Below are positions 30,221-39,554 of a DNA stretch of 64,000 bases, one piece after another. The stretch's first letter is position 1. Each line of letters begins with the position of its first letter. Source of the DNA: Granulicella sp. (GTDB lineage Bacteria; Acidobacteriota; Terriglobia; Terriglobales; Acidobacteriaceae); contig DAHWNL010000034.1 of the NCBI GenBank assembly GCA_027339965.1, positions 32,001 to 96,000 of the forward strand, in the 5' to 3' direction. Under the pieces are notes generated by a model. That model was not told the DNA's origin and did no database searches. It saw nothing but the letters and a program-made list of their open reading frames with translations. The translations under genes were made by a program, and so were the position numbers.

Positions 30221-31882
30221 TCAAAGAGAAAGCACCAGGTGCTCCGCCCGCTCGACGGACGCATGTTGGATCAGCTGTGCGGCCAGATCCTCGTCGTGGC
30301 GGGCCAGAAACCAGATTCCTCCCAGCACTCTTTCCTGCAGATGTCCCTCCGGGAACAGGTTCAGCATGATGGCCGACGCATGCCTGTTCAGGGAAGATTC
30401 TTTGTGCACCTCAAAGTTCGCCGCCATGCGGCGCAGGCGATTCATCTGGTAACGCATCTTGCTGGCTGAAACCCCTGCGGCGCGGCCCAGCTCCGCGCTG
30501 AGCGAAGCCATGTAAGCAGTGAGCGCTGCCAGCTCAGCTTCCAGGGTGTTCCCAACCGCTGCAAGTTTCCGTTTGCCTTCGATCGGCATGGCGCGGGCGC
30601 CCATCTTCTGTGCCAGGGCTGCCGCCGTCTTCGCCTCCAGCACATCGGAAAACCGCAACTCGTGGGCGGCCAGCGTGTTCGCAATGGCAGGCTCAACCAG
30701 CGTAGCCATCATTCGCGGCAGCACCGGTGTCACCCGGCCCAGAATCTGGCGGTATAACACCTCAGCTTGAGCGAAGTACGCCACTTCCGCTGGTCCCCCC
30801 ACGTACGCCGCCGTAGGCAGAATCGCATCCTGGAACACCGGGCGCAGCAGGGCGTTCGGGCTCAGACGCTCCGGCTCCGTCGCCAGAACTTCAAGCAGAT
30901 CCGCCGTTGTATACGCCTTTGCTCCCGCCTTCCACCCACCCTGCGCCAAACGGAGCAAAGGCCGCCTGGCGCCGCTCTCGTGATCCAGTAGAAAGAGCAG
31001 CGAATGGTCTGCGGTGACCAGTACCTGAGCGTGATATCCGTGCTCTTCCAACTCCAGCGAACGCTGTAAAAGCAACTCCCTCATCTCGTCGGAGCGCTCC
31101 AGGGCGGCCCGGAGCACACCTGCGCCCATAGCGTGGAAGGCGCGTGAGCCGGCATCCATCACCACCAGCCCGTGTGCGGCAAAGATCTTGCTGAGCAGCT
31201 TGCCGAAGGCAGATGCCATCGTCGCTCCCGGCGCATAACACTCGCGCAGCAGATCGCAGATGGGCGACCAGCCCAGCAGAGCGCAGGCGCGATCCAGCGT
31301 CACCTCAAGGCTCTCCTTGCTCGCTCCGCCTCCATCACCCAACCGCAGCCCCCCTACAGGAAGCGGACGGCTGACCTGGAGACCCAGACGTAAAGTTTCC
31401 ACCGTTGCCTGTCCCCCGGTCTTCGACAGCAGCGCCACCTGATCGGCCTCGGCTAGGTCGTGATCCTCACTAGCCATCCAAAAGATGGGCACATGCATCC
31501 GGCCGCTGGCCGCAGTGGCGTCTTGCGCCTTGCGAATGGCCGTGGCAGCCTTCAGCAGGGTCAACAATGGGCCGCCAAAGAGTGAAACTTGCTGGCCGGT
31601 CACCACGACGGCTGCGCCGTCACGCAGACTCGCGATGTTGGCCAGCGCCGCCGGACCCGCGGCCATCTGCTTGGCCTGTTCCGCCAGCGCACTCGCCAGT
31701 TCTACCCTTCGTTCTGCTTCCAGCCGGGGGGACGATCTCGCCCACCCCAGAGAGAACGGATCTGCCGGATACCAGCGCCGCACTCCTGTCCGGTCCGGAA
31801 AAGCAGCCATCTCCGTGAAGTTGCGAAACAGCGCCGTTGTTCCGGGTAAGGTCGAAAGGGGGTAGCTCTCTATTTCTTCCAT
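30221..31882 (-). CDS. bshC: Bacillithiol biosynthesis cysteine-adding enzyme BshC
   Basis: VVTGQQ.SLFGGP, FWMASEDHD..E, SPNALLRP..QD.ILP, YVGGPAE.AY, LQER. Confidence 0.92.
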   Translation of the reverse strand: MEEIESYPLSTLPGTTALFRNFTEMAAFPDRTGVRRWYPADPFSLGWARSSPRLEAERRVELASALAEQAKQMAAGPAALANIASLRDGAAVVVTGQQVSLFGGPLLTLLKAATAIRKAQDATAASGRMHVPIFWMASEDHDLAEADQVALLSKTGGQATVETLRLGLQVSRPLPVGGLRLGDGGGASKESLEVTLDRACALLGWSPICDLLRECYAPGATMASAFGKLLSKIFAAHGLVVMDAGSRAFHAMGAGVLRAALERSDEMRELLLQRSLELEEHGYHAQVLVTADHSLLFLLDHESGARRPLLRLAQGGWKAGAKAYTTADLLEVLATEPERLSPNALLRPVFQDAILPTAAYVGGPAEVAYFAQAEVLYRQILGRVTPVLPRMMATLVEPAIANTLAAHELRFSDVLEAKTAAALAQKMGARAMPIEGKRKLAAVGNTLEAELAALTAYMASLSAELGRAAGVSASKMRYQMNRLRRMAANFEVHKESSLNRHASAIMLNLFPEGHLQERVLGGIWFLARHDEDLAAQLIQHASVERAEHLVLSL

Positions 31883-32097
31883 GCAGGCTCTGTTCTGTCT
31901 CTCACCCTGAGACTCTTTGGATGTCGCCGCCGGCCGACCGATGCACAGAATTCAGGACCGGAGCCTTTAACAGAGTAAAAGCCTCCCGCTTCAGCGATGT
32001 GGAAGACAACTCCGGCCCCAGTCTTCGGCGTGGGGCGCCCGGCAACCCGCCGGGGCCCTTGTGCAGTTTCTCCTCAGAGGTCGTGTACCTTACCCTT

Positions 32098-32814
32098 ATG
32101 GCACGCAAAACGACAAAATTATCTTCCCGTCCGCACTCCTCCGCAGCCTCTCGCCGCAGAGCCGCATCTCTCTCGCCCGAAAAAAGCAATCCATCCGCGT
32201 CCTCAAAGACACGCAAGCTCACCGGCCAGGGACGGGCCATCACCTCCACAACCGTCTTCGCCGGCAGAACCTTCTGGGTCACCAAAGATGAGGTGATCGA
32301 GCCGGGTGGGGTCCAAGCTACCCGTGAGGTCATTCGTCATAACGGCTCTGTGGTTGTCTTGGCCGTGGACCGAGAGACCAATCCCAAAGATCCAGGCATC
32401 CTGCTGATCAGGCAGTATCGGCATGCGGCCGGCAAGTTTCTTCTTGAGCTGCCCGCCGGACGCATCGAACCAGGTGAAAAGCTGATTCCGGCCGGAAAAC
32501 GCGAGCTCATCGAGGAGACCGGCTATCGCGCCCAGCGTTGGTCCCGTCACGCCAATTACTATGCCAGCCCGGGCTTTCTTACCGAGACCATGACCATCCT
32601 GCTCGCTGAAGGCCTGACGCTGGGAAAGGCCGAACCCGAAGAGGATGAAAAGATCGAGGTCAGAATGACGCCTCTCTCCAAGGTGCTTAGAATGATCCAC
32701 GCGGGCAAGATTGAGGACGGAAAGACCTTGATCGGCGTCCTGCTCTTCCTTTCCCTGCACGGCGCAAAATTCCCGGTTAGAGGCAAAACATCCGGCTCTT
32801 TCGCCAGCCGCTGA
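32098..32814 (+). CDS. NUDIX hydrolase, ADP-ribose pyrophosphatase-like, with basic N-terminal extension
   Basis: QYRHA, ELPAG...[11 protein letters not shown]udix box, SPGF, DGKT. Confidence 0.92.
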   Translation: MARKTTKLSSRPHSSAASRRRAASLSPEKSNPSASSKTRKLTGQGRAITSTTVFAGRTFWVTKDEVIEPGGVQATREVIRHNGSVVVLAVDRETNPKDPGILLIRQYRHAAGKFLLELPAGRIEPGEKLIPAGKRELIEETGYRAQRWSRHANYYASPGFLTETMTILLAEGLTLGKAEPEEDEKIEVRMTPLSKVLRMIHAGKIEDGKTLIGVLLFLSLHGAKFPVRGKTSGSFASR

Positions 32815-33031
32815 CCGGCTTTGTACGAGTTGCGGTAAAGATTTCTTTTCAAGATACTTACCTGCCTTTGGGTGGTCTCCTCTTGGTTTTCTCTTGGTTT
32901 CCGCGATGCGCTCGCTGCGCAGAAATTCTCGATTCCTGCGGAACTCAGACCGCCTAATGGCCCTCGGATGCGTCTTAGTAGATAACTTCCGCCCAAGCGG
33001 TAAGGATATTTCGAGCATGGTAAGGGAACCC

Positions 33032-33247
33032 ATGGCACAGTACAAAGGCACGGTTAAGTGGTTCAATAACGCAAAGGGCTACGGATTTTTGGGGCGCGAG
33101 GATGGCCCCGATGTCTTCGTACACTACAGTTCCATCAAGTTGGAGGGGTATAAAACACTGAAAGAAGGCGATGAAGTGGAGTTCGATGTGATTCAGGGAA
33201 CCAAGGGACCGCAGGCTGACCAGGTCGTTCGCACCAAGGCGGGTTGA
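33032..33247 (+). CDS. Cold-shock protein (CspA family)
   Basis: [25 protein letters not shown]. Confidence 0.96.
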   Translation: MAQYKGTVKWFNNAKGYGFLGREDGPDVFVHYSSIKLEGYKTLKEGDEVEFDVIQGTKGPQADQVVRTKAG

Positions 33248-33515
33248 CCCACAAATGGCTTCCACGGAAGCAGATGAAGAGGGTAAGAGCGAATCGTCTC
33301 TTCAAAGAAGCCGTGACGACTCTGCGCTCTTGCCCTCACCCTAGCTGGATACGCTGCCTGGATCATGGGTTTGCACCTCGGGAGAAGTTCCTCCTTCTCA
33401 AAGCCACGAGCCCAGACCACAGACGTATGTTTCCGGCCCAAGCCCATCTTACAATCGAAGACAGCTCCCGATCCCAGCTCTGCTTCAGGGCCAAGCTCGG
33501 GATCTTCGGTTCACG

Positions 33516-35408
33516 ATGGACAATCCGACCATTGCCCGGCTGCTCGATGAGACAGCGGCGCTGCTTGAAATTGACGCCGGAGACCCCTTTCGGATCCGGT
33601 CCTACAGGCGCGCTGCTGAGGCCGTCCTGCAGCAGACCATTCAACTGGGGCCGCTCGCAGCCAAGGATGCTGATTCCAAGTCTCTTCTCTCCATCCCGGG
33701 CATCGGCAAAGGGATGGCTGCCAACATACGCGATCTCGTAGCCACCGGCTCCTTCCCGCTGCGCGAAGAGTTGCTTCGACGCTACCCAACGACAATCCTT
33801 GAACTGCTTCGGCTCCCCGGGATGGGTCCAAAGACCGTTGCCCTGGTTTACGCTGCGCTTGGCATAACGGAGATCGATGCTTTAGAAAAGGCGGCCCGGC
33901 AAGGCGACCTGCTCTCCTTGCCCCGCATGGGTCAGAAGTTTACCGATAAGCTCCTGAAGGGTATTGAGGATTACCGCAAGAACTCCGCGCGGTTCCGCAT
34001 CGACGTGGCGCGTAGCTATGCCGAACAAATCTGTGATTTCATAGCTACCGTTCCCGGCGTTGAGACGATCACCCCGGCCGGCTCCCTGCGCCGTGGCCGT
34101 GAGACGGTCGGCGATCTCGATCTCTTGGTCACGGGCCCGGCCTGCGAACCGGATGTCGTGGCCGCCGTGTCTGATCACGTCGCCTCCCTGCCTCTAATCG
34201 CAAAGCTGCTGGCGAAGGGCCCCAATAAGGTAAGCTTCAACCTGCACAACAATCTTCAGGTGGATGTGCGGCTGCTTCCCCCTGCCAGTTACGGAGCCGC
34301 GCTACAGTACTTTACCGGATCCAAAATGCACAACGTCGCGCTTCGCCAGCGCGCGATGAAGCGTGGCCTTACTCTCAACGAGTACGCCCTCCTGCGGCTC
34401 GAAGATCATCTCGTGCTCGGCTCCCGAACCGAAGCGGAGATCTATCACGCTCTGGGCCTTGAATTCATTCCTCCCGAGCTACGCGAGAATAGTGGCGAGA
34501 TTGAGGCGGCAGAAGCCCATACCCTACCCAAGCTCATCGAGCGCTCGGAGGTGCGTGGCGACCTCCATATGCACACCACCGAGTCCGATGGCCACAACTC
34601 CATTCGCGAAATGGCAGAGGCTGCGATCGAGCGTGGCCTGGAGTACATCGCCATCACCGATCACTCCAAAAATCTGGCGATGACCAACGGCATGGATGAC
34701 GTTCGCACACTGGCTCATGCGGACCGTATCCGCGCCGTCTCCGCCGAACTGGCTGAAGAGTTCGCCGCAGGCCGAGGGCCGCAGTGGGCACGTTACGAGC
34801 GGCTGCTGCACGGCCATCCATCCAGCCGCCCGCTCTCTCGTCACCCGCGTGAAGCGCAGCCTCAAGAGCCCACCACTCCCTTCCGCATCCTCGCCGGCGT
34901 GGAGGTGGACATCCTCCTGGATGGAACGCTCGATCTCTCCGACCAGACGCTCTCCAGTCTGGATATCGTCGTCGCCAGCGTGCACACAGGATTTAACCAA
35001 CCCACGGAAGAGATTACGGAACGAATGTTGCGGGCAGTGCAGAATCCGCATCTGCATATCCTCGGTCATCCCACCGGAAGAAAGTTGCTGGAACGCGAGC
35101 CTTACAAGGTCCAACTTCCGCCAGTTTTAGAAGCATGCGCACGGGCCGGAGTGGCCGTTGAACATAACGCGCAGCCGGAGAGGGCCGATTTGAACGACCT
35201 CCATCTGCGTCTCGCCCTGCAGCTCGGCTGCAAAATTGCCGTGAACACCGACGCCCACTCCACAGGTCAACTTGACCATATGGCTGGTGGTATCGTGCAG
35301 CTTCGGCGCGCCTGGCTCAAAGCTTCGGATGTCCTCAATACACTACCCGTCGAACGGCTGCTGTCCTACCTGAGCAGAACCGCCGCTGCCGCAGCTACCT
35401 CCGAGTGA
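33516..35408 (+). CDS. polX: DNA polymerase/3'-5' exonuclease PolX (PolX + PHP)
   Basis: HhH motifs, [26 protein letters not shown] motifs HMHT, TDHS, GHPTG, TDAH. Confidence 0.95.
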   Translation: MDNPTIARLLDETAALLEIDAGDPFRIRSYRRAAEAVLQQTIQLGPLAAKDADSKSLLSIPGIGKGMAANIRDLVATGSFPLREELLRRYPTTILELLRLPGMGPKTVALVYAALGITEIDALEKAARQGDLLSLPRMGQKFTDKLLKGIEDYRKNSARFRIDVARSYAEQICDFIATVPGVETITPAGSLRRGRETVGDLDLLVTGPACEPDVVAAVSDHVASLPLIAKLLAKGPNKVSFNLHNNLQVDVRLLPPASYGAALQYFTGSKMHNVALRQRAMKRGLTLNEYALLRLEDHLVLGSRTEAEIYHALGLEFIPPELRENSGEIEAAEAHTLPKLIERSEVRGDLHMHTTESDGHNSIREMAEAAIERGLEYIAITDHSKNLAMTNGMDDVRTLAHADRIRAVSAELAEEFAAGRGPQWARYERLLHGHPSSRPLSRHPREAQPQEPTTPFRILAGVEVDILLDGTLDLSDQTLSSLDIVVASVHTGFNQPTEEITERMLRAVQNPHLHILGHPTGRKLLEREPYKVQLPPVLEACARAGVAVEHNAQPERADLNDLHLRLALQLGCKIAVNTDAHSTGQLDHMAGGIVQLRRAWLKASDVLNTLPVERLLSYLSRTAAAAATSE

Positions 35409-35579
35409 GACCAGCACTCCCATCAAAATGCTCGTGAAGAGTCTTCGCCATCTCTCCGCGATCAGCTTCCATGGCAATCCCCTCCCAGGCTCACGCAGCC
35501 GCGCTTCTCCTGCCGCAAACGGTCTCCGTTCTCCGGCGCCCCATCTCGACGCCTGAAAATTCTTTTATTCTTAGGGAGC

Positions 35580-36173
35580 ATGCACTCGCCCGAACTTCAT
35601 CTTCACCCGATCGAGGACAGAGATCGGCTTCTTCCCAAACTCCTGATTGCCGCAACCCTTATGATCACGGTGAGCGCAATCGTCTATCGCCTTCATCCAA
35701 GAAGAGTCCCCAAGCTCAACGTTCAAAAGGTGCAGATCTTCGCTCCGCACACCGTCATGAACCCGCCCCGCAGAGCCATTCACATCCTGGGCGCTGCTCC
35801 GGAGTCCGAAGATGATGTTTATGCCCTTGCCACTTTCACCATCACCAACACCCTGTCTCATCGCGTCTTCTTGGACAGTATCTCCTCAACCATGACCGCC
35901 GGGGATGGAGCCACCCGGCAGGCAACCATCATCGCGCCAGCGGATCTGCCTCGCCTTGAGGTTATCTTTCCGCAGATTCTTACCCTCATGAAGCCGCCGC
36001 AGCCTCCCTCGCTTGGCTTCCAGGAAGCCATCGAACCTGGCGACACACGCCTAGCGGCAGTCATGCTCCTTTTCCCGCAAACATCCCTCCAGGCTTGGCA
36101 GGCAAAAAGATCCGCTACGCTCAGCGTCTGGTTGCTTCACCAGACCGCGCCCATCTCCGCGAACTTCCGCTGA
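35580..36173 (+). CDS. Hypothetical protein with one N-terminal TM segment
   Basis: GGAG before ATG; hydrophobic LLIAATLMITVSAIVY; best ORF in the gap. Confidence 0.7.
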   Translation: MHSPELHLHPIEDRDRLLPKLLIAATLMITVSAIVYRLHPRRVPKLNVQKVQIFAPHTVMNPPRRAIHILGAAPESEDDVYALATFTITNTLSHRVFLDSISSTMTAGDGATRQATIIAPADLPRLEVIFPQILTLMKPPQPPSLGFQEAIEPGDTRLAAVMLLFPQTSLQAWQAKRSATLSVWLLHQTAPISANFR

Positions 36174-36202
36174 CCAGAACTCCCTCTTTCCAAAAGCGGG
36201 AA

Positions 36203-36227
36203 GGCTGCACGGAACGACCGTGCAGCC
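36203..36227 (-). terminator. Hairpin between convergent genes, probable terminator
   Basis: GGCTGCACGG-aacga-CCGTGCAGCC perfect 10-bp stem; followed on the minus strand by TTCCCGCTTTT. Confidence 0.65.
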
Positions 36228-36251
36228 CCGGCGTCGCATGGATGTTGCTCT

Positions 36252-37121
36252 TCAGGGAACCGAGATGGGTTGCGGAGCATTCTTCGGTGTGCTCAGATAG
36301 CCCGTAACCGTCTTCTTGGTCATCTGATTGACGACGATCTCAAAGAGTTGCGGCGTCTTGCCAGAGTAAAACTGGATAGGTTCATCGATGTTACGGTCTC
36401 TCTTCTCAATATTCCGGTCGTCGGAACTGACGATCAGGGTGAACTTGGAGCGCTTCGAATCCACCTTCCTCAACCGGATCTTGATCGTGCCGACATTCTT
36501 TGCCGGCGCTCCCTTGGTCAGCGTGAACTCGTAGTAGTTGCGATCGCCCTGATGTTCCAATTCGAGCAGTTCCGAGTGGTTTTTTGCAATCAGACCGCTC
36601 ATCACACCCGCATCGCCCACCACTCGCGTCAATTGTGTCTTGGTTGCAGCCAGGTCAGCCTTCGTGTTGGCCACATCGGTCTTCACACCGCCCACATCCG
36701 TCTTCACGTTGGAGACGTCGCCCTGGACGGCGCCAACCTGAGCGGCTGTCGCCCTCTGCTCACGCGCCAACCGCGCCGTCTGGATCTGGTTTCTCCGCTG
36801 CTCAGCCACTAACTCGTTCGACTTCTCCTGGAGCTGTTGCTGCGTCAAACCGACGCTCTGCGCGAGTGCCTGCCCCTGAGCCTTCATGCGCTCGTTCGTG
36901 TCTTCAATCTTCTGCGACAGATCGGCATTCTGTTGGCTGGCAGAGGCCAGTTTGGACTCCGCCGTCGTCAAACGGCTCTGCAAAGCGATGCTCCATACCA
37001 AACCCCCAACCGCCAGCAACAATGCAACAACGGCCACTCCTGCAGGCCACATGGCCGGCTTCTGTGCTTCATACCCGTGCTGGGCTGTTGTTCCCTCATC
37101 CTTCTCATCCAAAAGACTCAT
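36252..37121 (-). CDS. Membrane-anchored coiled-coil protein with a C-terminal beta domain
   Basis: GGAGG upstream; TM segment, long heptad region (VKTDV repeats), C-terminal GDRNYYEFTL...NIDEPIQFY...GYLSTPK. Confidence 0.8.
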   Translation of the reverse strand: MSLLDEKDEGTTAQHGYEAQKPAMWPAGVAVVALLLAVGGLVWSIALQSRLTTAESKLASASQQNADLSQKIEDTNERMKAQGQALAQSVGLTQQQLQEKSNELVAEQRRNQIQTARLAREQRATAAQVGAVQGDVSNVKTDVGGVKTDVANTKADLAATKTQLTRVVGDAGVMSGLIAKNHSELLELEHQGDRNYYEFTLTKGAPAKNVGTIKIRLRKVDSKRSKFTLIVSSDDRNIEKRDRNIDEPIQFYSGKTPQLFEIVVNQMTKKTVTGYLSTPKNAPQPISVP

Positions 37122-37281
37122 CTCGTCTCCTCCCGGCATCAAGTTGGGCTTCTTGTTGCTCTACAAAGCGTTGGAAAATAAGATGCGCATCAGGCGGGAG
37201 TGTTGCCCGCTCTCATCAAGATAGATACATCGTAAATCGATGTATTCCTCTCTTCCTGGTCTTCAGCATCCTAAGGAAAGT

Positions 37282-38328
37282 ATGATTCCACCAAGTTCCC
37301 CTACCGTTTCGCGCGCTTCATGCGATGTTGTGATTCTTGGCGCCGGCCTGATTGGCCTGGCGACTGCCCTGGAGTTGGCGAATCGCGGAGCCTCCGTCAC
37401 CGTTATCGAAAGAGACCGGATGCTCGCTGCGGCATCTACCGCCGCAGCGGGAATGCTGGCCGCCGACGACCCCTGTAACCACGACAGCCTGCGCGGTCTC
37501 TCTCGGCTCAGCATTCAGCGTTATCCCGAATTCCTGCACCGAATTGAACATCTCTCTGGACTCCCTATCCCTTTCCAAACGGAAACAACGTTGCAGTACA
37601 TGGCTGGAGGCCCTGCTCTTCGACTTCAGGAGCGCTCCATCGATCCCCGCCAGCTTGCATCCTCCCTGTCGGCCGCCATTCGAGCTACTTCCATCCAGGT
37701 GGTGGAGAAGACTCGCGTCTCCGCGATCAAAGCCAAACCATCCGGTAGCGAGCTGCATCTGGAGGATGGCTCTTGCATCTCCACGGGAGCAATCCTCTTT
37801 GCTACCGGAGCCTGGACGGCTGAGACCTCGAACGCTCTCGTAGGCAAACCGCTTTCGGTATCACCTCGCAAGGGACAGATGCTGCGAGTTCGCATCTCGC
37901 CGCCGCACTCTTTCCGGGAGGTTCACCGCAGCGAGCGGATCTATATCGTTCCTCGAACCCATGGCCCCCAGGCTGGTACCGCCGTCATCGGCGCCACCGT
38001 GGAAGAGGTCGGCTTTGATACAACCGTGTGCGGACGTGATCTGGATGGGCTGCGGGCGCTGGCGGCGGCCTTACTCCCCTGGCTCGGCTCAGCGGAAGAG
38101 GCACCCATGGTGGAGTCTTGGGCAGGGCTCCGGCCGGCAACTCCGGACCTGCTGCCAATGCTCGGAGCAGGTCTTCACAGGGGACATTTCATCGCCACCG
38201 GACACTATCGAAACGGCATCCTGCTCGCTCCGGCAACCGCTGTCGTGATGGCGGATCTGATCGAAGGAAAGTCACCTGGCGTGAATTTGTCCGATTTTTC
38301 ACCTCTTCGCTTCCACTCTGAACCCTGA
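37282..38328 (+). CDS. FAD-dependent oxidoreductase, glycine oxidase (ThiO/DAO)-like
   Basis: GAGLIG, ASTAAAGML, PRKGQM, IYIVPR, WAGLRP, GHYRNGILLAP. Confidence 0.88.
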   Translation: MIPPSSPTVSRASCDVVILGAGLIGLATALELANRGASVTVIERDRMLAAASTAAAGMLAADDPCNHDSLRGLSRLSIQRYPEFLHRIEHLSGLPIPFQTETTLQYMAGGPALRLQERSIDPRQLASSLSAAIRATSIQVVEKTRVSAIKAKPSGSELHLEDGSCISTGAILFATGAWTAETSNALVGKPLSVSPRKGQMLRVRISPPHSFREVHRSERIYIVPRTHGPQAGTAVIGATVEEVGFDTTVCGRDLDGLRALAAALLPWLGSAEEAPMVESWAGLRPATPDLLPMLGAGLHRGHFIATGHYRNGILLAPATAVVMADLIEGKSPGVNLSDFSPLRFHSEP

Positions 38329-38446
38329 TCCTGCGCCTCGGGCACGGCTGGCCAGCATCTCAACTTGTTTACACCATTCCAGGAGTTCGAACAGGAGAGC
38401 AACCGGCAGAGAAGGAGAAGCCCCAACTTCCATCTTGGCTCCACAT

Positions 38447-38478
38447 AAAAGGGCTCCGGCCGGTTTCGGCTGAAGCCC
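38447..38478 (-). terminator. Rho-independent terminator after korB
   Basis: Minus strand GGGCTTC-a-GCCG-aaac-CGGC-c-GGAGCCC-TTTT. Confidence 0.7.
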
Positions 38479-38505
38479 CGTCTCTGTGCTATGCTTTGCT
38501 GCGAT

Positions 38506-39552
38506 CTAAGAGAGCTCTTGCATCAGCCCTGCCAGAACCTCAGGACCGGGACGAACCCGAGCCTCGGAAGCCAGCGAAAGCGGCTCGTCAATCAGATTCA
38601 GCCGGGTCACAAAGTCCATTCCGTGCGGATTCACATAAAAGACCCCCGTCAACACCTCGCCTGAATCGTGCGCCTCAGTCAGCATACTGATCGCGCCCGT
38701 CTTGCTCGTCGGAGCATAATTTTCATGGATCTTCCGTAGACGCAAATGCGAGCCGTCATGCAGTTGCACGTCAACAGTGGTATTGGGATCGTAATCTACA
38801 GTTATATCCTCGAAGGGCGCGATGAAGCCGGCCTCGTTCACTGCCTCATCATGTTCCTTCATGTACCTGTAGCTCTTTGTGGAGCCCTCATGATCGTTGA
38901 AGGTGACACACGGCGAGATGATATCCAGCAGGACAGTTCCCTTGTGTGCAATGGCCGCCTTCAACATGGTGGAAAGTTGCTTCTTGTCCCCGGAGAACGA
39001 CCGGCCTACGAAAGTAGCACCTACCTGGATCGCCAGCGCGCAGATATCGATCGGCGGCATGTCATTGACCACACCTGTCTTCAGCTTGGACCCAATATCG
39101 GCCGTTGCGGAGAACTGTCCCTTGGTGAGCCCGTACACTCCATTGTCTTCGACAATGTAAATGATGGGCAGATTGCGGCGTAGCAGGTGCATGAACTGCC
39201 CGAGCCCAATGGAAACGGTATCCCCGTCCCCACTGATGCCGATGGACCGCATGGTCTTGTTGGCCAGCAGAGCTCCGGTCGCAACCGCAGGCATGCGTCC
39301 ATGCACGGAGTTGAAACTGAAAGACCGAGACATGAAGTACGCCGGCGACTTGGAGGAACAGCCGATGCCGCTCATCTTCATGACATCTTCCGGCGGAACG
39401 CCCATCTCGTAAAAAGCTTCGATCAAACGCTCGGAGATCGCATTATGACCGCAACCAGCACATAGGGTCGACTTGCCGCCACGATAATCAAGGATCTCAA
39501 GGCCGATCTGATTGGTCCGAGCAGGCGTGGATGGAACGGGTGAAGTTGCCAT
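38506..39552 (-). CDS. korB: 2-oxoacid:ferredoxin oxidoreductase beta subunit
   Basis: LCAGCGH, SGIGCSSK, HGRM, SGDGD, DNGVYGLTKGQ.S, SPCVTFN. Confidence 0.92.
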   Translation of the reverse strand: MATSPVPSTPARTNQIGLEILDYRGGKSTLCAGCGHNAISERLIEAFYEMGVPPEDVMKMSGIGCSSKSPAYFMSRSFSFNSVHGRMPAVATGALLANKTMRSIGISGDGDTVSIGLGQFMHLLRRNLPIIYIVEDNGVYGLTKGQFSATADIGSKLKTGVVNDMPPIDICALAIQVGATFVGRSFSGDKKQLSTMLKAAIAHKGTVLLDIISPCVTFNDHEGSTKSYRYMKEHDEAVNEAGFIAPFEDITVDYDPNTTVDVQLHDGSHLRLRKIHENYAPTSKTGAISMLTEAHDSGEVLTGVFYVNPHGMDFVTRLNLIDEPLSLASEARVRPGPEVLAGLMQELS

Positions 39553-39554
39553 GA

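Noticed and set aside
37240..38328. Thiamine operon or TPP riboswitch associated with the ThiO-like gene
   Set aside because: No thiS, thiG or thiE nearby and no recognisable riboswitch core upstream, so no gene symbol was assigned.
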